From: an uncultured Nitrospinota bacterium
GTDB lineage: Bacteria; Tectomicrobia; Entotheonellia; J063; CAVPRW01
DNA: 64,000 bases
Assembly (NCBI GenBank): GCA_963707985.1
Contig: CAVPRW010000011.1
Span: 97,632-161,631, forward strand
Direction of reading: 5' to 3'
Position numbers and translations under genes: made by a program
Part shown: positions 43,293 to 53,602 of the stretch, one piece after another
Numbering within the stretch: the first letter of the stretch is position 1
How the letters are laid out: the number at the start of each line of letters is the position of its first letter
The notes under the pieces: generated by a model
Told to the model about the DNA's origin: nothing
Seen by the model: the letters and a program-made list of their open reading frames with translations, nothing else
Databases searched by the model: none

Positions 43293-43911
43293 CTATCTGC
43301 GTAACGGTGACGACATTTACCGCCAATCCTTCGCGATCATTCGTGCTGAAGCCCGTCTGGACCTCCTTGCTCCCGACCTCGCGGACGTGGCGGTGCGATT
43401 GATCCATGCCTGTGGTATGACTGAGATCGTGCATGATTTGGCAGCGTCTCCGGACGCTGTCAGCGCCGGACGCGAGGCACTGCAGGCCGGGGCACCTATT
43501 TTGTGCGATGCCCGCATGGTGGCGGAGGGGATCACCCGACGTCGATTGCCGGCGAACAACGAGGTGATGTGCACACTGCATCACCCCGACGTGCCTGCCC
43601 TCGCCGCTCGCCTGGGCACGACGCGCGCAGCGGCAGCCTTGGACTTGTGGATGCCCTCTCTGGCTGGTGCGGTGGTGGTGATAGGCAATGCGCCGACGGC
43701 GCTGTTTCGCTTGCTGGAATTGCTCGATGTCGGGGCTCCCAGACCGGCCCTGATTGTGGGCGTGCCAGTAGGGTTTGTGGGGGCGGCAGAATCGAAAGCG
43801 GAGCTGGCGGCCAACAGCCGCGGCGTGCCATTTCTGACCCTCCACGGGCGGCGGGGTGGGAGTGCCATCGCCGCCGCCGCAGTGAATGCCCTGGCGCGCA
43901 AGGAGGAATAA
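43285..43911 (+). CDS. cobH: Precorrin-8X methylmutase
   Basis: IYRQSFAIIRAE, RLIHACG, IGNAPTAL, PVGFVGAAESK, GRRGGS. Confidence 0.95.
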   Translation: MIDYLRNGDDIYRQSFAIIRAEARLDLLAPDLADVAVRLIHACGMTEIVHDLAASPDAVSAGREALQAGAPILCDARMVAEGITRRRLPANNEVMCTLHHPDVPALAARLGTTRAAAALDLWMPSLAGAVVVIGNAPTALFRLLELLDVGAPRPALIVGVPVGFVGAAESKAELAANSRGVPFLTLHGRRGGSAIAAAAVNALARKEE

Positions 43912-43913
43912 CC

Positions 43914-44618
43914 ATGTCTGCAGGTCGTCTGTATGGGCTTGGGATCGGGCCAGGGGATCCGGAGTTAATCACGCTGAAGGCCCTGCGGATCTTACAGTCG
44001 GCTCCCGTCGTGGCCTATCCTGTATCCGATAGTGACAAGCGCTTGGCCCGCTCGATTGTGGCGAACTATCTGGGACATGCCCCGCTAGAACTGCCGATGT
44101 ATTTCCCCTTCAAGCCTGAGGAATCGGCTCAACCCTACTACGACAATGCCGCATTAGCCCTGGCCGAACATCTTGGTCGCGGTCAGGATGTGGCCGTGTT
44201 ATGTGAGGGTGACCCATTTTTCTATGGCACGTTCATGTATTTATTCACCCGTCTGGCTGGTCGCTTTCGGACCGAAGTGGTTCCAGGTGTGTCATCACTG
44301 ATGGCGAGTGCCTCGGTCTTGGAGACGCCACTGACGTATCGTAATGACGTGTTCGTGGTGTTACCCGCCATGTTGCCAGCAGATGTGTTGGCCTCACGCC
44401 TAGCCGGGGCCGATGCTGCTGTGATCATCAAGCTTGGGAGACACTTTCCCCGAGTCTATGAGGTGCTGAAGCAGATGGGATTGCTCACCCGGGCGCGATA
44501 CGTCGAATGTGCGACCATGCCCAACCAACATATCGTTCCGATCGATCAGGTGGATCCGACGCAGGTGCCTTATTTCTCGATGATTGTCATCCCCAGTCAA
44601 TGGCAGGCCGCAGACTGA
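43914..44618 (+). CDS. cobI: Precorrin-2 C20-methyltransferase
   Basis: GLGIGPGDPELITLKA, LCEGDPFFYGTF, IIKLGRH, VPYFS; AGGAGG RBS. Confidence 0.93.
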   Translation: MSAGRLYGLGIGPGDPELITLKALRILQSAPVVAYPVSDSDKRLARSIVANYLGHAPLELPMYFPFKPEESAQPYYDNAALALAEHLGRGQDVAVLCEGDPFFYGTFMYLFTRLAGRFRTEVVPGVSSLMASASVLETPLTYRNDVFVVLPAMLPADVLASRLAGADAAVIIKLGRHFPRVYEVLKQMGLLTRARYVECATMPNQHIVPIDQVDPTQVPYFSMIVIPSQWQAAD

Positions 44619-44679
44619 TAGCGGTCGTTGTGGCCTGCCCTCATGGTGGCGGATCAGCGGATCAGATGAGGTACGTCTC

Positions 44680-45558
44680 ATGCCGACAGCCCCATCTTCA
44701 CATGCCAGCCCCGATGACGTTGCCATCGGTGTAGCCCCACGCCCGCTTGATCCCATTGCCGTTGGCCGAGGGCGCGGGTGGTTGGCAATCGTTGGCACGG
44801 GTCCGGGGGGAGAACAATGGATGTCGCCCGAGGTCAGGGATGTCCTCCAAGCGGCTACCGATTGGGTCGGATATACCACCTATCTTAATCTCGCAGAACC
44901 GCTCCGGCAAGGGCAGCAGCGTCATGAGTTCGATAACCGGGAAGAGCTGGAGCGCGCGTCTATGGCGCTGGATTTAGCTGCCGAGGGGCGCGCGGTGGCT
45001 CTGGTATCCTCCGGCGACCCAGGGATTTACGCCATGGCCGCGGCGGTGTTTGAAGTGTTGGAGCGTGAGGACAAACCGTCATGGCGCCAGATCGACATCA
45101 CGGTATGTCCCGGTATTTCGGCCATGCAAGCGGCAGCAGCACAAGTAGGTGCCCCACTCGGACACGATTTCTGTGTGATTTCCCTATCGGATATTTTGAA
45201 ACCCTGGACTGTCATTGAGCAACGGATCGCTGCAGCAGCGCAAGCTGATTTTGTGCTGGTATTTTATAATCCGGTATCGACACGGCGTACATGGCAGCTG
45301 CAAAAGGCCAAGGAGATCATGTTACAGTGGCGCCCCCCTGAGACGCCCGTCATCATCGCCCGTAATCTCGGCAGACCCGGACAGGAAGTGACGATCAAGC
45401 CCCTTGGCCAGTTGACTGCTGGCGATGCGGATATGCGCACCATCCTCCTCGTAGGATCACAGCAGACGCGCATCATCCAGCGTCGTGATGGGAGGACCTG
45501 GGTATATACCCCGCGTCGCTATGCTGAGCGCGAGAGCGCTCCAGAGACGCTTGTATAG
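44680..45558 (+). CDS. cobJ: Precorrin-3B C17-methyltransferase
   Basis: VGTGPG, VSSGDPGIYAMA, GAPLGHDFCVISLSDILKPW, YNPVS, YTPRRY. Confidence 0.93.
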   Translation: MPTAPSSHASPDDVAIGVAPRPLDPIAVGRGRGWLAIVGTGPGGEQWMSPEVRDVLQAATDWVGYTTYLNLAEPLRQGQQRHEFDNREELERASMALDLAAEGRAVALVSSGDPGIYAMAAAVFEVLEREDKPSWRQIDITVCPGISAMQAAAAQVGAPLGHDFCVISLSDILKPWTVIEQRIAAAAQADFVLVFYNPVSTRRTWQLQKAKEIMLQWRPPETPVIIARNLGRPGQEVTIKPLGQLTAGDADMRTILLVGSQQTRIIQRRDGRTWVYTPRRYAERESAPETLV

Positions 45559-45615
45559 ACCAAGAACTGCTCCAGGACCGAGAAACTGGCCCTTGCTGCT
45601 CAGATTGGAGGAGGA

Positions 45616-46137
45616 ATGAGCATGGACGAAGCCATGGAGCTGGCGGTTGAAATGAGTGAGGCAACCTGGAATGCCTTCAAGAGCGAATTGAAAGATCTCA
45701 CCCCGGACGAGATCGCCTGGCGGCCGGTTCCACAGTCGAACAACATCGCCGTCATCGTGAAACACCTGCGGGTCGTGGAAGATATGTTTCTGGCGCAATT
45801 GGAGAAAGGGGAGCAGTCACCCTATACAGATGTGCCAAGCGTCCTGAAGCTGACGGGCTCTGTCCCATTGAACTTCGAACAAAATCTCAAAGAGTTTGAG
45901 GAGTTGCACACACGTTTCGTCAATGCCATGAAGCAGACGACGCTGGCCGATTTGAAGAAGCAAACTTTCGTCTCGCCGTTTGCCCAGGGGCCTCGTCCAG
46001 CCAATAGCCTGTTGTTCTCAGAGATTGGCCATTTGACTTTGCATCGAGGGCAGATTCGAACGCTGCGGAACCTCTATCGTAAGGTACGAGGGGAAGCGGG
46101 ACTCTTTGCCCCCAGGAATCCGACGTTTGAGGCCTAA
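45616..46137 (+). CDS. DinB/YfiT-superfamily protein
   Basis: LTPDEIAWRP...NNIAVIVKHL...GHLTLHRGQI. Confidence 0.75.
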   Translation: MSMDEAMELAVEMSEATWNAFKSELKDLTPDEIAWRPVPQSNNIAVIVKHLRVVEDMFLAQLEKGEQSPYTDVPSVLKLTGSVPLNFEQNLKEFEELHTRFVNAMKQTTLADLKKQTFVSPFAQGPRPANSLLFSEIGHLTLHRGQIRTLRNLYRKVRGEAGLFAPRNPTFEA

Positions 46138-46255
46138 AGATTGTTGTGGGTTATGATCTAGCGGTGCCCTGCGTCACTCCCTCGGGGCAACGCTCGACGG
46201 CGCTTGATGGCAGAAGCGAGGCAGGCCTCGACTAGCGGTGTCACAGGTGGGATCG

Positions 46256-46704
46256 ATGATGCAAGACAAAGCAGCTGAGCGTGCTGCGGCGCACAGGGGA
46301 ACGCCCCCGCTCACGCCTCCATCTCTTGTGGTGGGAATCGGGGCCGAGAAGGGCGTGCCTGCTGCAGATTTCGAGGCGGCACTGCGGGATGTCCTGCACA
46401 GCTTCGGTTTGACGACCGGAGAGCGTTAGGGCTGTCGCGACACTTGATCGCAGGGCGGCCGAGGAAGGCTTTGCTGCCTGGGCGACCCAACGTGGATGGC
46501 CTGTCCTCGCATACACGGCCGAACAGTTAGCGGCTATTCAGGTGAGGCCTCATTCCTCCACCATCGTGGCTCAGGGCCATAGAAACCTCCGGTGTCTGTG
46601 AACCGGCGGCGATGCTCGCGTCGGGAAGTCGAACGTTGCTGGTGCCCAAGCAGAAGCATGGCCGAGTGACAGTGGCGATTGCCCAATGTACCGATGCCGC
46701 GTGA
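46256..46704 (+). CDS. CbiG C-terminal / CobE-like protein (frameshifted)
   Basis: LVVGIGAEKGV...; later frame SGVCEPAAMLAS...LLVPKQKHGRVTVAIA. Confidence 0.75.
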
Positions 46705-46843
46705 CAGCCAGATTCATCCTCCATCACAGAGACGGAGATAGGTCACAGTCAGACAAAGGTGTCTGAGGGCAGACGGCCACCGCACGTGAACAAGCACGTT
46801 AGCTGACATCGCACCCGACTCGGGAGGACCTTCTGAGGAGGCA

Positions 46844-47666
46844 ATGGAGCCCGATACCTCCGCGGACCAAACATCCCGTAAAGTGCTGTTCATAGGTGCC
46901 GGCCCTGGCGATGCAGAGCTGTTAACCTTGAAAGGTGCGAAAGCTCTTGCCGCTGCCGACGTCGTGGTTTATGCTGGCTCGCTGGTGCCGGGCGGTGTCT
47001 TGCAGCATGTCCGGCGTGGGGCTCGTGGTCCACAACAGTGCTACCCTCACGCTGGAGGAAATCCATCGCCTGGTGACCGAGGCCTACCGCGCTGGGCAGC
47101 AGGTCGTCCGTCTGCATTCGGGTGATCCAAGCATCTATGGAGCCATTACCGAGCAGATGGCGTTGCTCGATGAGGAGGAAATCCCGTATGAAATCGTGCC
47201 CGGGGTCAGCTCCTTTCAGGCGGTTGCAGCACGGTTAGGCATCGAATATACGCAGCCAGGCGTGGTGCAAACCTTGATTTTGACGCGGCCTGGCGGTCGG
47301 ACGGGGATGCCGGAAAACGAATCCCTCGCACAGCTGGCGCGGCATGGAGTCACGCTATGCGTTTTTCTCGGCGCCAGCCTTGTCGCGGAGGTCCAGAAGG
47401 CGTTGCTGACCAGTTACCCGCCGACAACCCCGGTGGCGGTGGCCTATCGGGCGACCTGGCCGGATGAAGAGCTGACGATAGGCACACTCGCTGATCTGGT
47501 CGAGATGGTCCAGGGGCCGCAGTACGATCGCACCACCTTAATCATTGTCGGGCCGTCGTTGCAGCGTCAGGGTAAGCGATCGCACGTCTACGATCCATCC
47601 TATCAGCACCGTTTTCGCCCAGGAAAGGGGCGGGGAGGTGGAACAGTGTCAGAGTCAACGGAGTAA
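46844..47666 (+). CDS. cobM: Precorrin-4 C11-methyltransferase (frameshift ~47020)
   Basis: [46 protein letters not shown]. Confidence 0.9.
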
Positions 47667-47770
47667 ATAACCTGATGCTGCTGGTAACGTCCCCCACCTC
47701 GATCACGACGATCACGACCTTGAGCCGACGGTGTAGCCCGTCAAATCTCTGATGGGAGAGAGTGTGAAAC

Positions 47771-48316
47771 ATGGATGAGAAGCCCCGACGTGAGCGCAAG
47801 AACCTGGTAATTCTCCACACTGGCAATGGTAAGGGCAAAACCACGGCCGCCCTTGGCACCGCCTTCCGTGCCATGGGACATGGCTGGCGGGTATGTATGG
47901 TGCAATTCATCAAGGGGAAATGGAAGCCTGGCGAGGTGCGCATGGCAGCCAAATTGGCGCCGGAGCAATTCGAGGTGATCCCCATGGGTGAGGGCTTTAC
48001 CTGGGAGAGCGACAACCTCGAAAAGGACAAGGCGACGGCACAACGCGCCTGGGAGATTGCTAAAGAGAAGTTGTTGTCTGGCGATTTCCAACTCGTCATC
48101 CTGGATGAGATCACCTATACCATCACGTACAAGTTTCTCGACCTGGATGATGTCCTTGACGCCATTCGCCAGCGGCCGTCGAACGTCAACGTCATCATGA
48201 CCGGACGCGGCGCCCATCCGGCGCTGGTGGAAATTGCCGACCTGGTGAGCGAGATCCATGAAGTCAAGCATCCGTATCGGCAGGGCATTCTTGCCCAAGT
48301 AGGGATCGAATACTGA
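47771..48316 (+). CDS. cobO: Cob(I)yrinic acid a,c-diamide adenosyltransferase (BtuR/CobO)
   Basis: HTGNGKGKTTAALG, VQFIKG, ILDEI, TGRGA, KHPY...GIEY. Confidence 0.95.
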   Translation: MDEKPRRERKNLVILHTGNGKGKTTAALGTAFRAMGHGWRVCMVQFIKGKWKPGEVRMAAKLAPEQFEVIPMGEGFTWESDNLEKDKATAQRAWEIAKEKLLSGDFQLVILDEITYTITYKFLDLDDVLDAIRQRPSNVNVIMTGRGAHPALVEIADLVSEIHEVKHPYRQGILAQVGIEY

Positions 48317-48927
48317 TGGCGGTGGACTCCGATTCTTCTATCCTTCTGGTGCGCCATGGTGCGACTGCAGAGACCGATGCGCAGCGTTATCCGAGTGTAC
48401 GGGATCTGCCGTTAAGCGAGCGCGGCCGAAACCAGGCCACCGCCCTCGCCGGGACGTTGCACGGGGTCGAGTTCGAGGCGATCTTCACCAGCCCAAGCCA
48501 GCGTGCACGTGAAACCGCTGCGCCTTTGGTCAGCCAGCGCAACCTGGAACTGCACGTCGTTCCCGAATTGGCTGAGATGGGTTTCGGCCAGTTGGGCGGA
48601 ATGTCCTTTGCCGAGGCTCTCCAAGCCTTTCCGGAAGCCCTCAAACGCTGGCTCGAAAATCCATTCGAGGTGACGCTCCCCGAGGGTGAGCCATTTCTGG
48701 ACTTTGTTGGGCGCGTGCGACGGGCACGGCGGCAATTAACCCGCGAGTGGGCTGGCCACACGATCGCGGTGGTCGCACATGGCGGGGTTATCGCCGTCTG
48801 GCGTTGCCTGGAAGAAGGGCGCCCGTGGAGCGATTTTTGGCGGGGTGTACCGGCGCCTGGCACGGGTATCTGGTTGATTCGAGCTGATGGGCAGGTGCGC
48901 ATCGAAACTCTGCGGCCGGAGGCCTGA
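48316..48927 (+). CDS. Histidine phosphatase, probable alpha-ribazole-5'-phosphate phosphatase
   Basis: LVRHG, TSPSQRARETA, VVAHGGVI; cob context. Confidence 0.8.
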   Translation: MAVDSDSSILLVRHGATAETDAQRYPSVRDLPLSERGRNQATALAGTLHGVEFEAIFTSPSQRARETAAPLVSQRNLELHVVPELAEMGFGQLGGMSFAEALQAFPEALKRWLENPFEVTLPEGEPFLDFVGRVRRARRQLTREWAGHTIAVVAHGGVIAVWRCLEEGRPWSDFWRGVPAPGTGIWLIRADGQVRIETLRPEA

Positions 48928-48930
48928 GGC

Positions 48931-49455
48931 ATGGGACATCTGCTTCTGGTAACCGGAGGAACACGCAGCGGCAAGAGCCGTTATGCGGTTGAACGCGCCA
49001 GTGCCTGGGGTTCGCGGGTGCTCTATGTCGCCACCTGTCAGCCGGCCGATGATGAGATGTGGGAGCGCGTGCGCCGACATCGAGCCGAGCGTCCATCGAC
49101 ATGGACAACGCTCGAGTCTGGCTCCAACGTCTTGCCTGCCGTCAGTGAGCAAGGCCCCAGCGCCGATGGCATTCTGCTCGATTGTCTGACCCTCTATGTC
49201 TCGAGTTTGCTGATATCAGGCAGCGGTGAGAACGAAGTGACGCAACAGGTCGAGGAGCTTTGCTCGGCCTTGCAGAACATTGACAGACCGGTGGTGATCG
49301 TGACCAACGAGGTCGGCTGGGGGGTCGTTCCAGAAACTCCTCTCGGGCGTCTGTTCCGGGATGCTGCCGGGCGTGCCAACCAGGTGGTGGCACGCCATGC
49401 ACAGGAAGTGGTGCTGATGGTCTCCGGGCTGCCGATGGTGGTGAAGCACACATGA
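48931..49455 (+). CDS. cobU: Adenosylcobinamide kinase/guanylyltransferase
   Basis: VTGGTRSGKSRYA, LLDCLTL, VTNEVGWG, FRDAAGRANQ. Confidence 0.95.
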   Translation: MGHLLLVTGGTRSGKSRYAVERASAWGSRVLYVATCQPADDEMWERVRRHRAERPSTWTTLESGSNVLPAVSEQGPSADGILLDCLTLYVSSLLISGSGENEVTQQVEELCSALQNIDRPVVIVTNEVGWGVVPETPLGRLFRDAAGRANQVVARHAQEVVLMVSGLPMVVKHT

Positions 49456-50543
49456 GCGCTCTTGAGGATGTCCGGCAGACCATTGGGCCACTCGACGCCA
49501 GCGCTATGGCAGCCGCGGAGGCACGCTGGGACACGCTCACCAAGCCACGTGGCAGTCTCGGCCGCCTCGAGGCTCTGGCCCGTCAGGTGGCAGGGATCGT
49601 CGGTCAAGGACGGCCTCGATTGACGGAGCGTCTGGTCTTTGTGTTGGCTGGAGATCACGGAGTCACGGCGGAAGGGGTCAGTGCTTATCCCTCGGACGTG
49701 ACCGCTCAGATGATCTATAACTTCGTGCGTGGTGGGGCGGCGATCAATGTCCTGGCCCGGCACGTCGGAGCGCGCGTGATCGTCGTGGATATGGGGGTCA
49801 ATGCCGGAGCTTCCCGCCTTACCCGGTTTGGTGTCGAGAAAAGTCCGCCGGGGTACCCTGAATTTCGCCCAAGCAACCGGCCATGACCAGAGATGAAGCG
49901 GTGGCGTGCGTCGAGTCCGGGATCGAATTGGCCAGTGCAGAGATCAAGAGCGGTCACACCTGGGTGGTCACCGGTGACATGGGGATCGGCAACACCACGG
50001 CGAGCAGCGCCATTATCGCAGCCACGACCGGCGCGTCGGTCGAGCGGGTGACTGGTAGGGGAACCGGGGTTACGGGAGAGACCCTGACGCACAAAGCCAG
50101 GGATCATCAAGGCAGCGCTCGACCGACATCAGCCCGAGCCTCAGGACGCGCTCGACGTGTTATCAAAGGTGGGTGGCTTCGAAATTGGCGGCCTGGCTGG
50201 AATCATGTTGGGCGCCGCAGCTCGACGTTGCCCAGTGGTCCTTGACGGCTTGATCGCGACCGCCGCTGCGCTACTGGCGGTGGGTCTGGTGCCGGCGGTT
50301 CGGGAATATCTCATCGCGGGACATCGCTCCGTCGAGCCCGGCCATGCCGTGGCGCTGGGCGCCTTGGGACTCGAGCCAGTGCTCGATCTGGGGTTGCGTC
50401 TGGGGGAAGGCACGGGAGGGGCACTGGCGCTGTCGGTGCTGGAGGCGGCTTGCCGCCTCCTCGACGAGATGGCAACGTTCGAAGAAGCCGGGGTAGCGAC
50501 CGATGCTCCAGATCAAACGCCAGCGCCAGATAAGCCTGCTTGA
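49452..50543 (+). CDS. cobT: Nicotinate-nucleotide-DMB phosphoribosyltransferase (frameshifts)
   Basis: LTKPRGSLGRLE, AGDHGV, GDMGIGNTT, VGGFEI, LRLGEGTG, MATFEEAGV. Confidence 0.92.
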
Positions 50544-50546
50544 CCC

Positions 50547-51332
50547 ATGCATCGCTTAGCGCTGGCCTTTCAATTCCTGACGATTCTCCCCTGGCCGAGG
50601 GTGCAGGTACGCCAGCCTGCGGATTTGGGCGGTTCTATGGCATTTTACCCCATCGTTGGCGCGGTACTGGGGAGTGCCCTGGTGGGTGTCTATGCGATCG
50701 GCTCCGAGGTTTTTCCCGATGGTGTGCTCCGGCCCGCGCTGCTGGTGTTATTGATGCTCCTCACTGGAGGGCTGCATCTGGATGGACTCGCCGATGTATG
50801 CGACGGGTTTTACGCCGGTCATACCAAGGCTGAGATATTGCGCATTATGAAAGATCCCCACCTGGGGACCATGGCCGTGGTGGGGATTATTAGCGTGCTC
50901 ATGATGAAAGTCGTACTGCTAAGCCACCTTTCTGGAATGCTACTGTACTCTGCGTTGCTGATCTTTCCAGCCATCAGCCGGGGTGGCATGGTGTGGGGCA
51001 TGTGGATGGCCCCCTATGCGCGTCCGGAAGGAGGGACCGGAGAGGCATTTTTTCGGACGCTCGGCCAACGACAGGTTTGGCTCGCCACCATCCTTCTCAG
51101 TGTTTGGGCCGTCCTGTGGGCTGGTTGGTCAGGGCTCATGTTACTCGGGCTTGCCGCCGGAGCGACACGACTGTTTGTCGGCTATTGCATCCAGCGTATC
51201 GGCGGGATGACTGGGGATACGCTCGGGGCACTAAATGAGTTGCTGGAAATCCTGACGCTTGCCGCCTATTATCCGCTCAGCCGTTGGCAAATGGCGGCAG
51301 GGCCTCTCGTGAGCCCCCGATTGTTCTGGTAA
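50547..51332 (+). CDS. cobS: Cobalamin 5'-phosphate synthase
   Basis: FQFLTILP, TGGLHLDGLADVCDG, IMKDPHLG, GGMTGDTLGA. Confidence 0.95.
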   Translation: MHRLALAFQFLTILPWPRVQVRQPADLGGSMAFYPIVGAVLGSALVGVYAIGSEVFPDGVLRPALLVLLMLLTGGLHLDGLADVCDGFYAGHTKAEILRIMKDPHLGTMAVVGIISVLMMKVVLLSHLSGMLLYSALLIFPAISRGGMVWGMWMAPYARPEGGTGEAFFRTLGQRQVWLATILLSVWAVLWAGWSGLMLLGLAAGATRLFVGYCIQRIGGMTGDTLGALNELLEILTLAAYYPLSRWQMAAGPLVSPRLFW

Positions 51333-51447
51333 GGTAAGGTTATCGCGGTCGGTTTTGAGCTCGCCTCCCTGCGCACAGGCACAGAGGCGCTAGCAGTGAC
51401 TCAAGAGTGGAAAGACGTCACCATCCTGGTGACATGGTGAGACACGC

Positions 51448-52197
51448 ATGACAACAGACGCGCAAGCACGAAGCGTGGGGACCGTCTACCTCGTCGGCGC
51501 CGGGCCAGGGGACCCCGAATTGATCACAGTGCGAGGCCAGAAAATTCTCCAGCAGGCCGAGGTGGTTATATATGATCGGCTCGTACCGTCGCAACTCTTG
51601 CGGCAAACGTTACCACAAGCGGAGCTGATCTATGCCGGGAAATCTCCGGGTCACCATGTCTTGCGCCAGGCGCAGATCAATACGCTCCTGATCGATCGCG
51701 CGCGCAAGGGCAATTTGGTCGTGCGCTTGAAGGGCGGTGATCCCTCGGTGTTCGGTCGCGCCGGCGAAGAGATGGCGGCGTTACGCCAGGCCGAGATTCC
51801 CTATGTCATCGTTCCCGGCGTGACTTCTGCGGTGGCTGGCGCGGCGGGTGCAGGGGTGTCCTTGACCCGACGTGGCGTCTCATCGGTGGTTGTGCTGGCC
51901 ACCGGGACGGAGGCCGAAGACGGCGAAGCGCCCGGATCGGGGACGAAGTGGAATGCTCTCGGAGACATCGGCGGGACACTCGTGTTCTACATGGCTGTCA
52001 AACAGTTGGCCAATATCACTGCTGAATTGATCCGGGCTGGACGCTCCCCTGCGGAACCCGCCCTGGTGATCCAAGAGGCGCATACGGTGCGGGAAAAAAT
52101 CGTCGTTGGCACCCTGGCGGATATTGCCGCCAAATCCCACGCTGCTGCCATCGAACCCCCCGCCCTGTTCATCTGTGGCGAGGTCGTCTTGTCATGA
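51448..52197 (+). CDS. cobA: Uroporphyrinogen-III C-methyltransferase
   Basis: VYLVGAGPGDPELIT, YDRLV, RLKGGDPSVFGRAGEE. Confidence 0.93.
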   Translation: MTTDAQARSVGTVYLVGAGPGDPELITVRGQKILQQAEVVIYDRLVPSQLLRQTLPQAELIYAGKSPGHHVLRQAQINTLLIDRARKGNLVVRLKGGDPSVFGRAGEEMAALRQAEIPYVIVPGVTSAVAGAAGAGVSLTRRGVSSVVVLATGTEAEDGEAPGSGTKWNALGDIGGTLVFYMAVKQLANITAELIRAGRSPAEPALVIQEAHTVREKIVVGTLADIAAKSHAAAIEPPALFICGEVVLS

Positions 52198-52577
52198 GGT
52201 GGTAGCTCACCTGAGTGCTTCATCCACTAGATTTGTGGATGGTCGCAATGGACCTCCTCTACTCCCTCACTGCAGAATCCGTCCATAAAGGTGGGTCTGC
52301 CACTTTACGATTCTCTAAGCAACATTTGCGATATATTTGCCGCCGACCATGCTCAGCAGCGGTCGAACTGGAACACGAGGGAGCGCAAATGCCATCACTT
52401 ATCCAGCCTGCGCGTAAAGGGCATCGAGAGCGCGTCTAGCCCTGATGACATGCGCGCTTCTCCTCTTCAAGACCACCCCGCCCCGGAAAGACGCGGGTCC
52501 ATTTCATGACAACCCGACCCAATATTACAGCACCCGCAAGGCATGGTGACCCCATCAGGGTGTCCTGCGTTACCATA

Positions 52578-52673
52578 TAAACAGCATTTGAACAGCTCCA
52601 GGCCCAATCGCCGCCGAATTTAAACACGCAGGCCGTGGCCCTGAACAGGCCGCTAATTGTATCTTCCTGTACC
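52578..52673 (+). promoter_or_regulatory. Phased T(G/A)AACAG repeat promoter, copy 1
   Basis: Heptamers at 52578, 52589, 52621, 52642, then TATCTT at 52660. Confidence 0.7.
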
Positions 52674-52786
52674 GAGGACATGCTGCTATTATGCATCTCA
52701 CAGACGATGTGGGGCTATTGGGGGGCGCAACATCGCGATCGTGTTGTGCTGGATATGTGTGGTGTAGTGGCCTAAGGAGGGAAGCG

Positions 52787-53602
52787 ATGCACCGGCCAAT
52801 TTGCCGTGACAGACCTACCGTGCTACTTATCGTGCTCCTAGCTGGGGTGTTTGCTGGGACCCCGACCCCGAGCACTGCGGCCTCCGAGCGTGATGCTCAG
52901 GCGATAGTTATCCTCCAACGCATGGCTGACTTTCTCTCCCGCGCCCAACACATCAGTGTAACGGCTGAGATCGGGTTTGATGTGGTCCAGGCTTCCGGGG
53001 AAAAGATCGAGTTCGGCGAAACCCGTCAGTTCCTCATCCGGCGTCCCGATCGTATGCGAGTCGATATCACCAAGCGCGATGGGAGCACAAGCGGTTTCCG
53101 CTTTGACGGCCAGGAGATCGCGGTGTTCAATACCAGGGAACAGGTCTACGCTACGGCCGCCAAGCCTGGCACCCTGGACGAGGCCATCGCCTATTTCATC
53201 AACGACCTTGACATGCGTTTCCCCCTGGCCGAGCTCTTCTCCACACGGCTGGCCGAGTCGTTAGCGGCCAAGGTGCGCACCGCGTACAACGTTGGGCCAG
53301 AACGCATTATGGGCGTACCCTGCGAGCACCTGGCTTTGCGGGGCGATCAGAACGACATGCAGCTATGGGTTGCACAAGGCGACCAACCGCTGCCGTGCCG
53401 ACTGGTGATCACCTACAGAGCTGCCGAGGGCCAACCCCAATTTTGGGCGCAGTTCAGCGACTGGAATCTCTCGCCTGATGTCTCTGATGCACAGTTTGCC
53501 TTTACGCCACCGGAAGGCGCGACGAGAATTGCATTCGCCGCCCGCAAGCCGGTTCCCACCATAGAGGGAAAGCAGAAAGGAAAGAAAGGAGCACGTCCAT
53601 GA
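52787..53602 (+). CDS. DUF2092 (LolA-like) periplasmic protein
   Basis: Signal peptide; LQRMADFL, RRPDRMRV, CEHLALRG...QLWV...PLPCRLVITY, FSDWNL. Confidence 0.8.
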   Translation: MHRPICRDRPTVLLIVLLAGVFAGTPTPSTAASERDAQAIVILQRMADFLSRAQHISVTAEIGFDVVQASGEKIEFGETRQFLIRRPDRMRVDITKRDGSTSGFRFDGQEIAVFNTREQVYATAAKPGTLDEAIAYFINDLDMRFPLAELFSTRLAESLAAKVRTAYNVGPERIMGVPCEHLALRGDQNDMQLWVAQGDQPLPCRLVITYRAAEGQPQFWAQFSDWNLSPDVSDAQFAFTPPEGATRIAFAARKPVPTIEGKQKGKKGARP

